The notes under the pieces: generated by a model
What the model was told of the DNA's origin: nothing
Databases searched by the model: none
Seen by the model: only the letters and a program-made list of their open reading frames with translations
Translations under genes and position numbers: made by a program
Shown: in pieces, positions 55,422-63,998 of the stretch
How positions within the stretch are numbered: position 1 is the first letter of the stretch
How the letters are laid out: every line of letters begins with the position of its first letter
From: Burkholderiales bacterium
GTDB taxonomy: Bacteria; Pseudomonadota; Gammaproteobacteria; Burkholderiales; SG8-39
Direction: 5' to 3'
DNA length: 64,000 nt
Assembly (NCBI GenBank): GCA_035649175.1
Contig: DASRKB010000237.1
Location: 676 to 64,675, forward strand

Positions 55422-56651
55422 TTACCGGAGACGCGAAACGCTCGCCTGCACACGCCCCTCCTCGTTGCCGGAAGCGATCCAGGGCGCGACGAGCCGCGAG
55501 ACGTTCTTCAGCCCCTCGAGCAGTCCGGGCACCACCACATCGGAGGGGCGGCTCTGGCGTGGCAGCGCGCGCAGCGCCGCGGCCATCACCGCGGGGTCGT
55601 GTGTGCCGTCGTCCGAGAGCATGCTGACCAGCCCGAGCTTCGCCGCGCGCGAGGCTCGGATGTGCTGCTCCAGGCGCGGCGCGGTGCGCGGCACGATGAG
55701 CGCGCGCTTGTCCAGCGAAATCACCTCGCAGAAGGTGTTGTAGCCGCCCATCGCCACCACGCCGGCGGCGCGCGACACGAGCGTCTCGAGCTGGCCGTGA
55801 AAGGTGATAGCGTCGACGCGCTTGATCTTCGCGGCGCGATCCATGAACTCCGCCTGGCGCTCGGGCTGCATGAACGGCCCGAGCACGAGCAGCGCCGGAT
55901 ACGGCAGCAGCGGATCGTGCTCGTAGGCGCGCAGCACCCAGTCGACGAGGCTGTCGCCGTCGCCCCCGCCGCCGGTGGTGACCAGCAGGAACGGGCGCTT
56001 GGCGATCTCGGGCAGGCGCGGCGGCGCGCCGTGCGAGGGGACCTCGCGGTGCAGGTAGCCGGTGTAGACCATCTTCTGGCGCACGCGCTGCGGCAGCGCG
56101 ATGCCCTCCAGCGGGTCGCAGATCTGCGGCAGCCCGTACACCCAGATCTCGTCGTAGAGCTCGCGCAGCGCGGGCAGCACCTTCTTGCGCTGCCACTCCG
56201 GCACGAGGAGCCGGGGCTCGTCCATCACGTCGCGCAGGCCGAGCACCAGGCGCGTGCCACGGCGCTTGAGCGACTTCAGCGTTTGGAGCACCTCGCCACG
56301 CAGGCCGACCGGCTCCTTGTCGACAATGAAGAGATCCGGGTCGAACAGCTCCGCGGTGTGCTGGATGATCGAGGCGCGCATGGAGAGCGTCTTCTCGATG
56401 TCGAGGTGCAGGTTGAGCGGCGTGTACTCGCCGTTGCGCAGCTTGATCACCCCCGGAACGCGCACGAAGTCGACACGGGCACGGAAGTCGAAGCTGCCGA
56501 TGATCGGCGAGCCCGACAGGATGAGCACCGAGAGCTGCTTGAAGTTCTCGACCAGCGAATGCGCGATCGCCCGGCAGCGTCGCAGGTGGCCGAGTCCGAA
56601 GGTGTCGTGGCTGTAGATGAGAACGCGGCCGTCGCCGCGAGCCGACCTCAT
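55422..56651 (-). CDS. GT-B fold glycosyltransferase (COG4671-type; GLGHLRR motif), paralog of 51418..52515, 409 aa
   Basis: Track ORF 55422..56702, trimmed to the ATG at 56651 (MRSARGDGRVLIYSHDTFGLGHLRRCRAIAHSL...). GGGGDG and MGGYNTFCE motifs are present. Its stop abuts the next start with 0 nt between them. Confidence 0.72.
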   Translation of the reverse strand: MRSARGDGRVLIYSHDTFGLGHLRRCRAIAHSLVENFKQLSVLILSGSPIIGSFDFRARVDFVRVPGVIKLRNGEYTPLNLHLDIEKTLSMRASIIQHTAELFDPDLFIVDKEPVGLRGEVLQTLKSLKRRGTRLVLGLRDVMDEPRLLVPEWQRKKVLPALRELYDEIWVYGLPQICDPLEGIALPQRVRQKMVYTGYLHREVPSHGAPPRLPEIAKRPFLLVTTGGGGDGDSLVDWVLRAYEHDPLLPYPALLVLGPFMQPERQAEFMDRAAKIKRVDAITFHGQLETLVSRAAGVVAMGGYNTFCEVISLDKRALIVPRTAPRLEQHIRASRAAKLGLVSMLSDDGTHDPAVMAAALRALPRQSRPSDVVVPGLLEGLKNVSRLVAPWIASGNEEGRVQASVSRLR

Positions 56652-56722
56652 GGGTCCCCCTTGTGGGGCCCGATTGTGAGCCGGGCCGGCGGGATTGCGC
56701 AAGCCGGGGGTACGATAGCGCC

Positions 56723-57499
56723 GTGAACGTCCGAAAATTGCTGGAGCTGGGCGGCCGCGCCGCCCTGGTGACCGGGGGATCGAGGGGTCTTGGCCTGCAG
56801 CTCGCCGAGGCGCTGGGCGAGATGGGCGCGCGGATCGCCATCACCGCACGCAAGAAGGATGAGCTCGACGAGGCCAGCTCCCACCTGAGAAAGAGCGGGA
56901 TAGAGGCCCATCCGTTCGTCTGTGACGTCGGCAATCGGCAAGCCATCCCGGCGCTCGTCGACGCGGTGATCGGCAAGCTCGGAAGCGTCGATATCCTCGT
57001 CAACAACGCCGGCGCGACCTGGGGCGCGCCGGCCGAGGACCATCCGCTCGAGGCATGGGACAAGCTGGTGAGCGTGAACATGACGGGCGCGTTCCTGCTT
57101 TCGCAGGCGCTCGCCAAGCGATGCATGATTCCGGCGCGGTGGGGACGCATCATCAACGTCGCCTCGGTCGCCGGCCTGATGGGGCAGGATCCGCGCTTCG
57201 CCCCGACCGCGGCCTATACCGCGACCAAGCACGGCGTGGTCGGACTCACGCGCCAGCTCGCCGCCGAATGGGGCGTGCACGGCATCACCGTGAACGCGAT
57301 CTGTCCGGGCTTCTTTCCCTCCAAGATGACCAAAGCCGTGCTCGCCGCGGCCGGCGAGAAGATCCGCGAGCTCACGCCGACGCGGCGCCTGGGCAACGAG
57401 GAGGATCTCAAGGGCCTCGTCGTACTGCTCGCCTCCGAGGCGTCGCGGCACATCACCGGGCAGGCAATCGCGGTGGACGGCGGTGCGGTGATCGTATGA
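56723..57499 (+). CDS. SDR-family oxidoreductase (gluconate 5-dehydrogenase-like), 258 aa
   Basis: Track ORF 56663..57499, trimmed to the GTG at 56723 (VNVRKLLELGGRAALVTGGSRGLGLQ...). TGxxxGxG, NNAG and YxxxK (YTATKHG) motifs are present. Confidence 0.88.
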   Translation: MNVRKLLELGGRAALVTGGSRGLGLQLAEALGEMGARIAITARKKDELDEASSHLRKSGIEAHPFVCDVGNRQAIPALVDAVIGKLGSVDILVNNAGATWGAPAEDHPLEAWDKLVSVNMTGAFLLSQALAKRCMIPARWGRIINVASVAGLMGQDPRFAPTAAYTATKHGVVGLTRQLAAEWGVHGITVNAICPGFFPSKMTKAVLAAAGEKIRELTPTRRLGNEEDLKGLVVLLASEASRHITGQAIAVDGGAVIV

Positions 57500-57505
57500 A
57501 GACAG

Positions 57506-57524
57506 TTCGGGGTCTGACCCCGAA
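57506..57524. repeat. REP-like palindrome TTCGGGGTC-T-GACCCCGAA between the SDR and thioesterase genes
   Basis: Perfect 9-bp arms. It lies 7 nt after the TGA at 57497-57499 and 10 nt before the ATG at 57534. Confidence 0.7.
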
Positions 57525-57533
57525 TGCAAGCCG

Positions 57534-57956
57534 ATGAACGACCGCCTGGCATTCACGCGCGAGTACCAGAAGAAAATCCCGTTCGTTCAGCACCTGAAGA
57601 TTGTCACGGAGGAGCTGGGCGAGGGAACGGCGAGGCTCTCGCTTCCGGTGGAGCCCGGGTTCACGAACAGCCTCGGCACGGTGCACGGCGGCGTGATCAT
57701 GTCGCTGCTCGACGTGGCGCTCTGCACGGCGGCGCGCACGCTGCACCCGGAGTCGACCGGCGTCATCACCATCGACCTTTCCGCCTCGTTCATCGGCGGG
57801 GGCAACGGCGCGCGGCTCATCGCCGAGGCGCGGGTGCTTCGCGATGCGCGCACGATGAGCTTCGTGGAAGGGGAAGCGAGGAACCCGGACGGCACGCTGG
57901 TGGCCAAGGCGATCGCCACCGTTCGGGTGCGAACCAGGGAGAAACCAACAGGCTGA
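57534..57956 (+). CDS. PaaI-family hotdog-fold thioesterase, 140 aa
   Basis: Track ORF 57534..57956. NSLGTVHGGVIMSLLDVALCTA is the typical PaaI/DUF4442-like HGG motif. Confidence 0.85.
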   Translation: MNDRLAFTREYQKKIPFVQHLKIVTEELGEGTARLSLPVEPGFTNSLGTVHGGVIMSLLDVALCTAARTLHPESTGVITIDLSASFIGGGNGARLIAEARVLRDARTMSFVEGEARNPDGTLVAKAIATVRVRTREKPTG

Positions 57957-57966
57957 AGGGAGAGCG

Positions 57967-58734
57967 ATGACCACGAACCCGTATGCGGCGCCTAAGGCCA
58001 CGATCGCCGCCGACACGATCACGCGGGGTGGCTTCATTCCGGGCGGCCGCTCGGTCGCCGCCAAGCGGGGCGGCAGCTGGATCGGCGACGCCTGGGGCCT
58101 CTTCCGCCGCGCCGCAGGCGTGTGGATCGCCATCATCATCGTGCTGACGGTCATCTTCCTCGTCGCGGCCTTCATCCCGTTGATCGGCATGCTCGCCACC
58201 ATGATCTTCTTTCCCGTCTTCGCGGGGGGACTCATGATCGGCTGCCGCGAGGTGGAGGAGGATCGTCTGCTCGAGTTCAGCCACCTTTTCGCCGGGTTTC
58301 GCCAGCACTTCGGCACGCTCGCCAAGGTAGGCGCGCTCTACCTCGGGGGGTCGATCATCGTGACGCTGCTCGTGGCGCTCCTCGCCGGCCCGGGCATGTT
58401 CGCCCTTTTCGGCGGGGCCGAGACGCAGCCGGAGGACGTCGCCACCATGGGTATGGCCTTCCTTCTCATCCTCGCGCTCAGCCTTCCGCTCGCGATGGCG
58501 GTGTGGTTCGCCGCGCCGCTCGTGGTGTTCCACCAGCACAGTGCCTTCGACGCGATGAAGGGTAGCTTCACCGGCTGCCTGAGGAACGTCCTGCCGTTCT
58601 CCGTCTACGGCATCGTCATGCTGGTGCTCGCGCTAGTCGCCACCGTGCCGATCATGCTCGGGTGGCTCGTGCTCGGGCCGGTGCTTGCCGCGAGCGTCTA
58701 CACCGCCTACACCGACATCTATCTCAATCGGTAA
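57967..58734 (+). CDS. integral membrane protein of unknown function (BPSS1780/DUF2189-like), 255 aa
   Basis: Track ORF 57967..58734. MTTNPYAAPKA... is followed by 4-5 hydrophobic spans. The composition is natural and a GGGAGAG RBS is present. The family name is tentative. Confidence 0.7.
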   Translation: MTTNPYAAPKATIAADTITRGGFIPGGRSVAAKRGGSWIGDAWGLFRRAAGVWIAIIIVLTVIFLVAAFIPLIGMLATMIFFPVFAGGLMIGCREVEEDRLLEFSHLFAGFRQHFGTLAKVGALYLGGSIIVTLLVALLAGPGMFALFGGAETQPEDVATMGMAFLLILALSLPLAMAVWFAAPLVVFHQHSAFDAMKGSFTGCLRNVLPFSVYGIVMLVLALVATVPIMLGWLVLGPVLAASVYTAYTDIYLNR

Positions 58735-59920
58735 TCAGCCGGCGGCCGCGCCACATCCAGGCGAGGCCCGCGAGCTGCACCACCCACACCATGCCGAGGG
58801 CCCACGTGTAGCCCTCGGCCGCATAACGGCCTTCGACCGCGGGCCACAGGTCGAGCACCAGGCCGATGCTCCACTGGCCCGAGAACATGCCGATGAAGCC
58901 GAACAGGTTGATCGCGGTGTTGACCCGCCCGGAAATCTCCCTCGGATAGCGCCGCGAGAGGATCGCGTAGCCGAGCACGACCGCCGTGCCCGCGGCGACG
59001 AAGATGCACCATAAAAGCAGGCTCTTCATCCCCGCGATAATCAGCAGAAGGCTGCAGGAGGACACGCCGACGCCAGAGAGCAGCAACGGTAGCGCGCTGC
59101 GCCCCTCGCGCTGCGCGATATCGGCCGCGCGGCCGAACGCCATGTAGCCGACGATCATCGCCACATTCACCGCCAGCAGCCCGCGCGCCACCTCGGCCTG
59201 GGACCAGCCGGCCACGTCGCGCAGCCAGGGAGCGATCCACAGCGTCTGCAGCGCCACCGCGGCGAACTGGCTCGCGCCCAGGCACACGGCCACGCGCCTG
59301 AAAGCGGGATCGGCGAGGAGCGAGACGAGTCCTCGCCACTGGCTCGCCCAATCGCCGCGCCGTGCGATGCTCTTCTCCGGAACCCAGAACCAGAGCACCA
59401 GACTCACCACCAGGGTCGCGGCGACGATTAGCATGAACGCATCGCGCCAGGGCCATACGCGCAGCAGCATCTCGAGGGGCACGGTCGCAGTCATCGCGCC
59501 CACGGCGCCGGCCGAGAACGCGATGGCGTTCATGGTCGCGATGCGCTCGGGCGGGTACCACAGCACGAACGCGGTGAAAGACGCCATGAGGCAGCCGGAC
59601 ACCCCGATGCCGATCAGCGCGCGCGCGGCGATGGCCGCGCCAGCCGACTCCGCGTGCGCGAACCAGGCGCCGCCCGCCACAGCGACGAGCATCAGGAGCG
59701 CGTTCACGCGGCGCGGGCCGAAGCGGTCGAACGCGAGCCCCAGGGGCAGTTGTACGAGGGCGAACCCGAGAAAGTACACGCTGGAGAGCAGGCCCAGGCC
59801 GCCGGCCGAGAGGTCGAACTCGCGCGCGAGCGTCGGCGCGAGCACCGCGTTCACCATGCGGTACACGTACGACACGTAATAGCCCGCGATGAACGGGACC
59901 GCTACGCGCCAGAAGATCAA
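58724..59920 (-). CDS. MFS transporter, about 398 aa
   Basis: C-terminal part of track ORF 58724..60640. There is no ATG upstream of TM1, so I place the start at the TTG at 59920, forming a TTGA overlap with the SDR stop (59917-59919). This gives (M)IFWRVAVPFIAGYYVSYVYRMVNAVLAPTL... The MFS motif is GLAFDRFGPRRV. The start codon is uncertain. Confidence 0.75.
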   Translation of the reverse strand: MIFWRVAVPFIAGYYVSYVYRMVNAVLAPTLAREFDLSAGGLGLLSSVYFLGFALVQLPLGLAFDRFGPRRVNALLMLVAVAGGAWFAHAESAGAAIAARALIGIGVSGCLMASFTAFVLWYPPERIATMNAIAFSAGAVGAMTATVPLEMLLRVWPWRDAFMLIVAATLVVSLVLWFWVPEKSIARRGDWASQWRGLVSLLADPAFRRVAVCLGASQFAAVALQTLWIAPWLRDVAGWSQAEVARGLLAVNVAMIVGYMAFGRAADIAQREGRSALPLLLSGVGVSSCSLLLIIAGMKSLLLWCIFVAAGTAVVLGYAILSRRYPREISGRVNTAINLFGFIGMFSGQWSIGLVLDLWPAVEGRYAAEGYTWALGMVWVVQLAGLAWMWRGRRLITD

Positions 59921-60663
59921 GATTTTGGCGTTTCGAACCCGCCCAGGTAGAAGCGGTTCCAGGTCGGGGTCAGGGTCAGCTCGTTGACGCAGGCGCGGGG
60001 CGGAAGCGAGGCGATGAACGCGATGGCGCGCCCGAGATCCTCGGGCTGCAGCATCCTCGCGCGCACCTCCGGCGCGGGCGGCACCGGGCGCTTCTCGAGG
60101 ATCGGCGTCGCCGCCTCTCCCGGAAGGAGCGCGGTGGCGCGGATGCCGTTGGCGCACTCCTCCATGTTGATCGACTCGGTGAGCGCGATCACCGCGTGCT
60201 TGGTGGCGTTGTAGCCCGGCCCGGTGAGCACGCTCGGGTGACGGCCCGCCCAGGACGAAACGTTGATGATGAGCCCGTCCTTCTTCTCGCGCATAGAGGG
60301 CAGCACCGCGTGCACGCAATAGAAGAGGCCCGAGAGGTTGACCGCGACGACCTGGTCCCAACCGTCGACCGAGACATTGCGGAAGTTGCGCTGCGGCAGG
60401 TTGATGCCCGCGCTGTTGACCAGGATGTCGACGCGGCCGTGGCGCTTGAGGATCTCGCGCGCCGCCCTCTGCACTTCCTCTCTCTCGGCGACATCGAGAG
60501 CGATCGTCTCGGCGTCGACCTTCTTCGCCGCCTCGCGCAGCGTGGCGGCGCTGCGTCCCGAGATCACCACCTTCGCGCCGGCCGCAGCGAGCTCGATCGC
60601 GCCGGCGAGCCCGATGCCCGAGCCGCCGCCCGTGATCCACGCCACCTTCCCCTGCAGCGTCAC
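59917..60663 (-). CDS. SDR-family oxidoreductase, 248 aa
   Basis: Track ORF 59917..60663, with a GTG start and a GTGA overlap with the phnA stop. Motifs are ITGGGSGIGLA, NSAG and YNATKHA. Confidence 0.88.
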   Translation of the reverse strand: MTLQGKVAWITGGGSGIGLAGAIELAAAGAKVVISGRSAATLREAAKKVDAETIALDVAEREEVQRAAREILKRHGRVDILVNSAGINLPQRNFRNVSVDGWDQVVAVNLSGLFYCVHAVLPSMREKKDGLIINVSSWAGRHPSVLTGPGYNATKHAVIALTESINMEECANGIRATALLPGEAATPILEKRPVPPAPEVRARMLQPEDLGRAIAFIASLPPRACVNELTLTPTWNRFYLGGFETPKS

Positions 60664-61904
60664 ACGCGCCCCCTCAGCCCGTTCAGGGCGTAATCGAAGA
60701 TCTCGAAGCTCCTGGGCGTCGCCGCCCCTGCCTTCACCCGGTAGGCATCATTGAGCGGCGCACTTAGGATGAACGGCACCTTCGCCTCCGATACGCCGCC
60801 GTGCGTGCGCAGCCGGTGTCCCGCAAGTCCGGAGAGATCGTGCTCGGCCTCGGCGGCGCCGATGCAGGTGTCGGCGCTCGAGATCACCACCACGTCCGCC
60901 TCGCGGTCCTCGGGCAGGTCGTGCACGCGGCACGCGGTTCTCTTGTCCAAGACGCTTTCGATGCCCGCAACCCCATAGATGGCGCTCATCACGTCCCTGC
61001 TCTTGGTCTCGCCCTGGCACCACACCCTCACGAACCCGCCGAGCGCGCCGTGGTGCGCGACGAAGGCGTCGGTAATGGGGCAGATGACGCGCGTTGAGCC
61101 CTTGCCGAGCGTCTCGTCGAGGATATCCTGCAGCCAGATGACGTTCGGGCGTCCCTCAGCATCGGACTTGTCGTTCATGCCGTGGTCGGCGGTGAGCGCG
61201 ACGTCGACGCCGAGCTCGGCGAGGCGGCCAAAGCAGCGGTCGAGCGACTGATAGAAGCGCTTCGCCTCGGGCTCTTGCGGCGCGTACTTGTGCTGCACCC
61301 AGTCGGTGAGCGACAGATAGAGGAGATCCGGCCGGTCCTTCCGCTCGAGCAGACGGATGCCCGCCTCGAGCACGAACAGCGAAAGCTCCATCGAGTACAT
61401 TCCCGGCTGCGGCATGCCGACGAAGCCGAGGACGTTTTCTATCCCGTTCTCCTCTACGGTCGCCTTATTGGCAAATTCCGAAGAGAAGCTGACGTTGCCG
61501 TGCGACACGTCGAGCCCTTTCGCGAGCTGCTTCCTCAGCTTGTCCTTGGCGGTGATCGAGGCGACGCGCGCTCCGGCCGCGGCGAAGCGCGAGAGGATGG
61601 TGTCGCCGCGCAGGAGCTCCGGCCCGGTCATCACCACGGCTTTTCCGCTCTTCACGTCCAGATAGAAGTTTCCGGAGATGCCGTGGCGCGAAGCCGGCGT
61701 ACCGGTGATGATCGACATGTTGTTCGGGCAGGTGAAGCTCGGCACCGTGCCGTACGCCACGGTCGCGAAGCCCTCGCGCATGAAGCGCGCGATGTTGGGC
61801 AGCGCGTCCTCCGCGAGGTAGCGCTGCAGGTACGCCGGGTCGCCGCCGTCGATGCAGACGACAGCCAACGGACGGCGCGGCCACGCATACGCCGTGCCGT
61901 TCAC
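60660..61904 (-). CDS. phnA: phosphonoacetate hydrolase (alkaline-phosphatase superfamily), about 414 aa
   Basis: Track ORF 60660..61940. These stretches match what I recall of characterised PhnA: VVCIDGGDPAYL, VPSFTCPNNMSIITGTPASRHGISGNFYLD, ITAKDKLRKQL, LSLTDWVQHKYAP, LTADHGMNDK, PITDAFVAHHGALGG, RTHGGVSEAKVPFI. I prefer the GTG at 61904 (VNGTAY...) because an AGGAAAG RBS precedes it and it avoids overlap with the GST gene. The GTG at 61940 is the alternative. Confidence 0.8.
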   Translation of the reverse strand: MNGTAYAWPRRPLAVVCIDGGDPAYLQRYLAEDALPNIARFMREGFATVAYGTVPSFTCPNNMSIITGTPASRHGISGNFYLDVKSGKAVVMTGPELLRGDTILSRFAAAGARVASITAKDKLRKQLAKGLDVSHGNVSFSSEFANKATVEENGIENVLGFVGMPQPGMYSMELSLFVLEAGIRLLERKDRPDLLYLSLTDWVQHKYAPQEPEAKRFYQSLDRCFGRLAELGVDVALTADHGMNDKSDAEGRPNVIWLQDILDETLGKGSTRVICPITDAFVAHHGALGGFVRVWCQGETKSRDVMSAIYGVAGIESVLDKRTACRVHDLPEDREADVVVISSADTCIGAAEAEHDLSGLAGHRLRTHGGVSEAKVPFILSAPLNDAYRVKAGAATPRSFEIFDYALNGLRGRV

Positions 61905-61914
61905 TTCGACTTTC

Positions 61915-62613
61915 CTATCTTTTTGCGTACTGGGTGGCACCGAAGAGGATCTCGGCTTGCTCCTTGGTGAAGCTCGGGGTGGGACGGCGCCGGTCGGCGA
62001 GCACCTCGACCGCGCGCTTCACCGCCGGGCGCTCGGCGATGCGGTCGCGCCAGCGCTTCACGTTCGGAAATTCCTCGATGTCGACGCCCTGGCGCTCGGG
62101 GAAGCGTAACCAGGGCATGGTGGCCATGTCGGCGATCGTGTACTCGCCGCATGCCAGCCACTTCGACTTCTGGAGCTGCTTGTCGAGAACCCCGTAGAGC
62201 CGCCTGGCCTCGTTGCGGTAGCGGTTCATGGCGTACTCGATCTTTTCCGGCGCGTACTGCAGGAAGTGGTGCGCCTGCCCGAGCATCGGGCCGACGTGCC
62301 CCATCTGCGTCATCACCCACTGCATGACGCGCCAGCGGTCGGCAAGGTCCTTCGGCAGGAACTTGCCGGTCTTGGAGGCGAGGTAGAAGAGCATGGCGCC
62401 GGACTCGGCGAGCGCAATCGGCTTGCCGCCCGGACCCTCGGTATCGATCATCGCGGGGATCTTGTTGTTTGGCGAAATTTCGAGGAACTCCGCCTCGAAC
62501 TGCTCGCCCTTGCCGATATCCACCGCGTGAACGTTATACGGCAGGCCGGTCTCCTCCAGCATGATGTGGATCTTGTGCCCGTTCGGGGTGGGCCAGGTAT
62601 AGAGCTCAATCAT
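61915..62613 (-). CDS. Nu-class glutathione S-transferase (YfcG/YghU-like), 232 aa
   Basis: Track ORF 61915..62613. MIELYTWPTPNGHKIHIMLEETGLPY...ISPNNKIPAMID...ESGAMLFYLA...GPMLGQAHHF closely parallels E. coli YfcG as I remember it. Confidence 0.88.
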   Translation of the reverse strand: MIELYTWPTPNGHKIHIMLEETGLPYNVHAVDIGKGEQFEAEFLEISPNNKIPAMIDTEGPGGKPIALAESGAMLFYLASKTGKFLPKDLADRWRVMQWVMTQMGHVGPMLGQAHHFLQYAPEKIEYAMNRYRNEARRLYGVLDKQLQKSKWLACGEYTIADMATMPWLRFPERQGVDIEEFPNVKRWRDRIAERPAVKRAVEVLADRRRPTPSFTKEQAEILFGATQYAKR

Positions 62614-63031
62614 CGTCGTCGATCACCACGGTTCCCGCGATCTTGTCGTGCCACCCCTGCTTGCGCCGGTCGATCGCGATCCAGGCGAAGCCGAGGAACA
62701 GGGGCAGCATCGAAACCAGGTAGGCGGCATAGCGCGCTATGAGCCGCCCGGTGGAGGGCGCGCCGCCGGTCTTTGCATCCACGATGCGCGCGCCGACCGC
62801 CATCTTGCCGGGCGTGGCCCCGTAGCGGCGCCAGAAGGCGAGCACGGCGAGCGCAGGCAGCAAGGCCTCGAAGAGGAACCCGCGCAGCCCGAAGAGCGCG
62901 AGCGGACCGATCACCACGAACGCGAGCAGCGCGTCGATGATGAACGCCACGAAGCGGCTTCCCAGCCCGACGTAGGCCACGGCGCGAAGCGCCGGGACCG
63001 TCTCAGGCGAGCTTGACCAGCTGCTTGCCAA
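62606..63031 (-). CDS. RDD-family membrane protein, 124-141 aa
   Basis: Track ORF 62606..63031. SRFVAFIIDALL...GATPGKMAVGARIV...DRRKQGWHDKIAGTVVI. The 63031 start would overlap the upstream gene by 29 nt. An in-frame GTG at 62980 (VAYVGLGSRF...) is a plausible alternative. Confidence 0.75.
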   Translation of the reverse strand: MASSWSSSPETVPALRAVAYVGLGSRFVAFIIDALLAFVVIGPLALFGLRGFLFEALLPALAVLAFWRRYGATPGKMAVGARIVDAKTGGAPSTGRLIARYAAYLVSMLPLFLGFAWIAIDRRKQGWHDKIAGTVVIDDDD

Positions 63032-63998
63032 AGTTTCCGCCCTTGAGGAGGGAGATCAGGCCGCGCGGCGCGTTCTCCAGGCCCTCCACGACCGATTCGC
63101 GGGTCTTCAGGCTTCCTTCCTGATACATCTTCAAGAGTGCCCTCAGTGCCTCGCCGTAGCGCTCGCGCCAGTCGAACACGATCATGCCCTGCATGCGGAT
63201 GCGGTTCACGAGCACCGAGCGCATATTGCGGTACCCGTAGGGCTCGGCGAGGTTGTATTCGGAGATCAGGCCGCAGATGACGATGCGCGAGAAGACGTTC
63301 ATGCGGCGCAGGCAGGTGTCGAGGCTCTCGCCGCCGACGTTCTCGAACAGGACGTCGATGCCCTTCGGGCAAGCCTCCTTCAGGTCGCGGTAGAGGTTGC
63401 CGGCCTTGTAGTCAATTGCCGCGTCGAAGCCGAGCTCGTCCTTCACATAGGCGCACTTCTGCGCGCCGCCGGCGATGCCCACGACGCGCGCGCCCCAGCT
63501 CTTGGCAAGCTGCCCAACCACGCTGCCCACCGCCCCGGAGGCCGCGGACACCACGACGGTCTCGCCAGGCTTGGGTTGGCCGATCTCCTTCAGGCCGAAG
63601 TACGCCGTCCTCCCGGGCATGCCGAGGCATCCCAGGTAATAGCTCAGGGGAGCCTTGGTCTCATCCACCCGGAAAGCCTCCCGCGTGGTGCCGTACATCT
63701 GCCAGCCCAGGCGCGCGAGCACCTTGTCGCCCTCTTTGAGCTTGTCATTCCTGGACTCCAGGACCTCGCCCACCGTCTCGCCTTCCATGACCTCGCCGAT
63801 GCCGACGCTTTTCGCATAGCTCTTGGCGTCGTCCATGCGCCCGCGCATGTAGGGATCGAGCGAGAGCCAGAGATTTCTTACCAGCACCTCGCCTTCGGCG
63901 GGCTTGGGGATCGGCCCCATCTCGAGCCGGAAGTTTTCTTCGGTGACCCAGCCAGAGGGACGGCTGGCGAGGACGACGCGCTTGTTGTCGTTTCCCAT
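63003..63998 (-). CDS. NADP-dependent alkenal/one oxidoreductase (MDR, YncB/CurA/PTGR-like), 331 aa
   Basis: Track ORF 63003..63998. LWLSLDPYMRGRM, GMPGRTAYFGL, VVVSAASGAVGSVVGQLAK, GNFGKQLVKL. Confidence 0.9.
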   Translation of the reverse strand: MGNDNKRVVLASRPSGWVTEENFRLEMGPIPKPAEGEVLVRNLWLSLDPYMRGRMDDAKSYAKSVGIGEVMEGETVGEVLESRNDKLKEGDKVLARLGWQMYGTTREAFRVDETKAPLSYYLGCLGMPGRTAYFGLKEIGQPKPGETVVVSAASGAVGSVVGQLAKSWGARVVGIAGGAQKCAYVKDELGFDAAIDYKAGNLYRDLKEACPKGIDVLFENVGGESLDTCLRRMNVFSRIVICGLISEYNLAEPYGYRNMRSVLVNRIRMQGMIVFDWRERYGEALRALLKMYQEGSLKTRESVVEGLENAPRGLISLLKGGNFGKQLVKLA

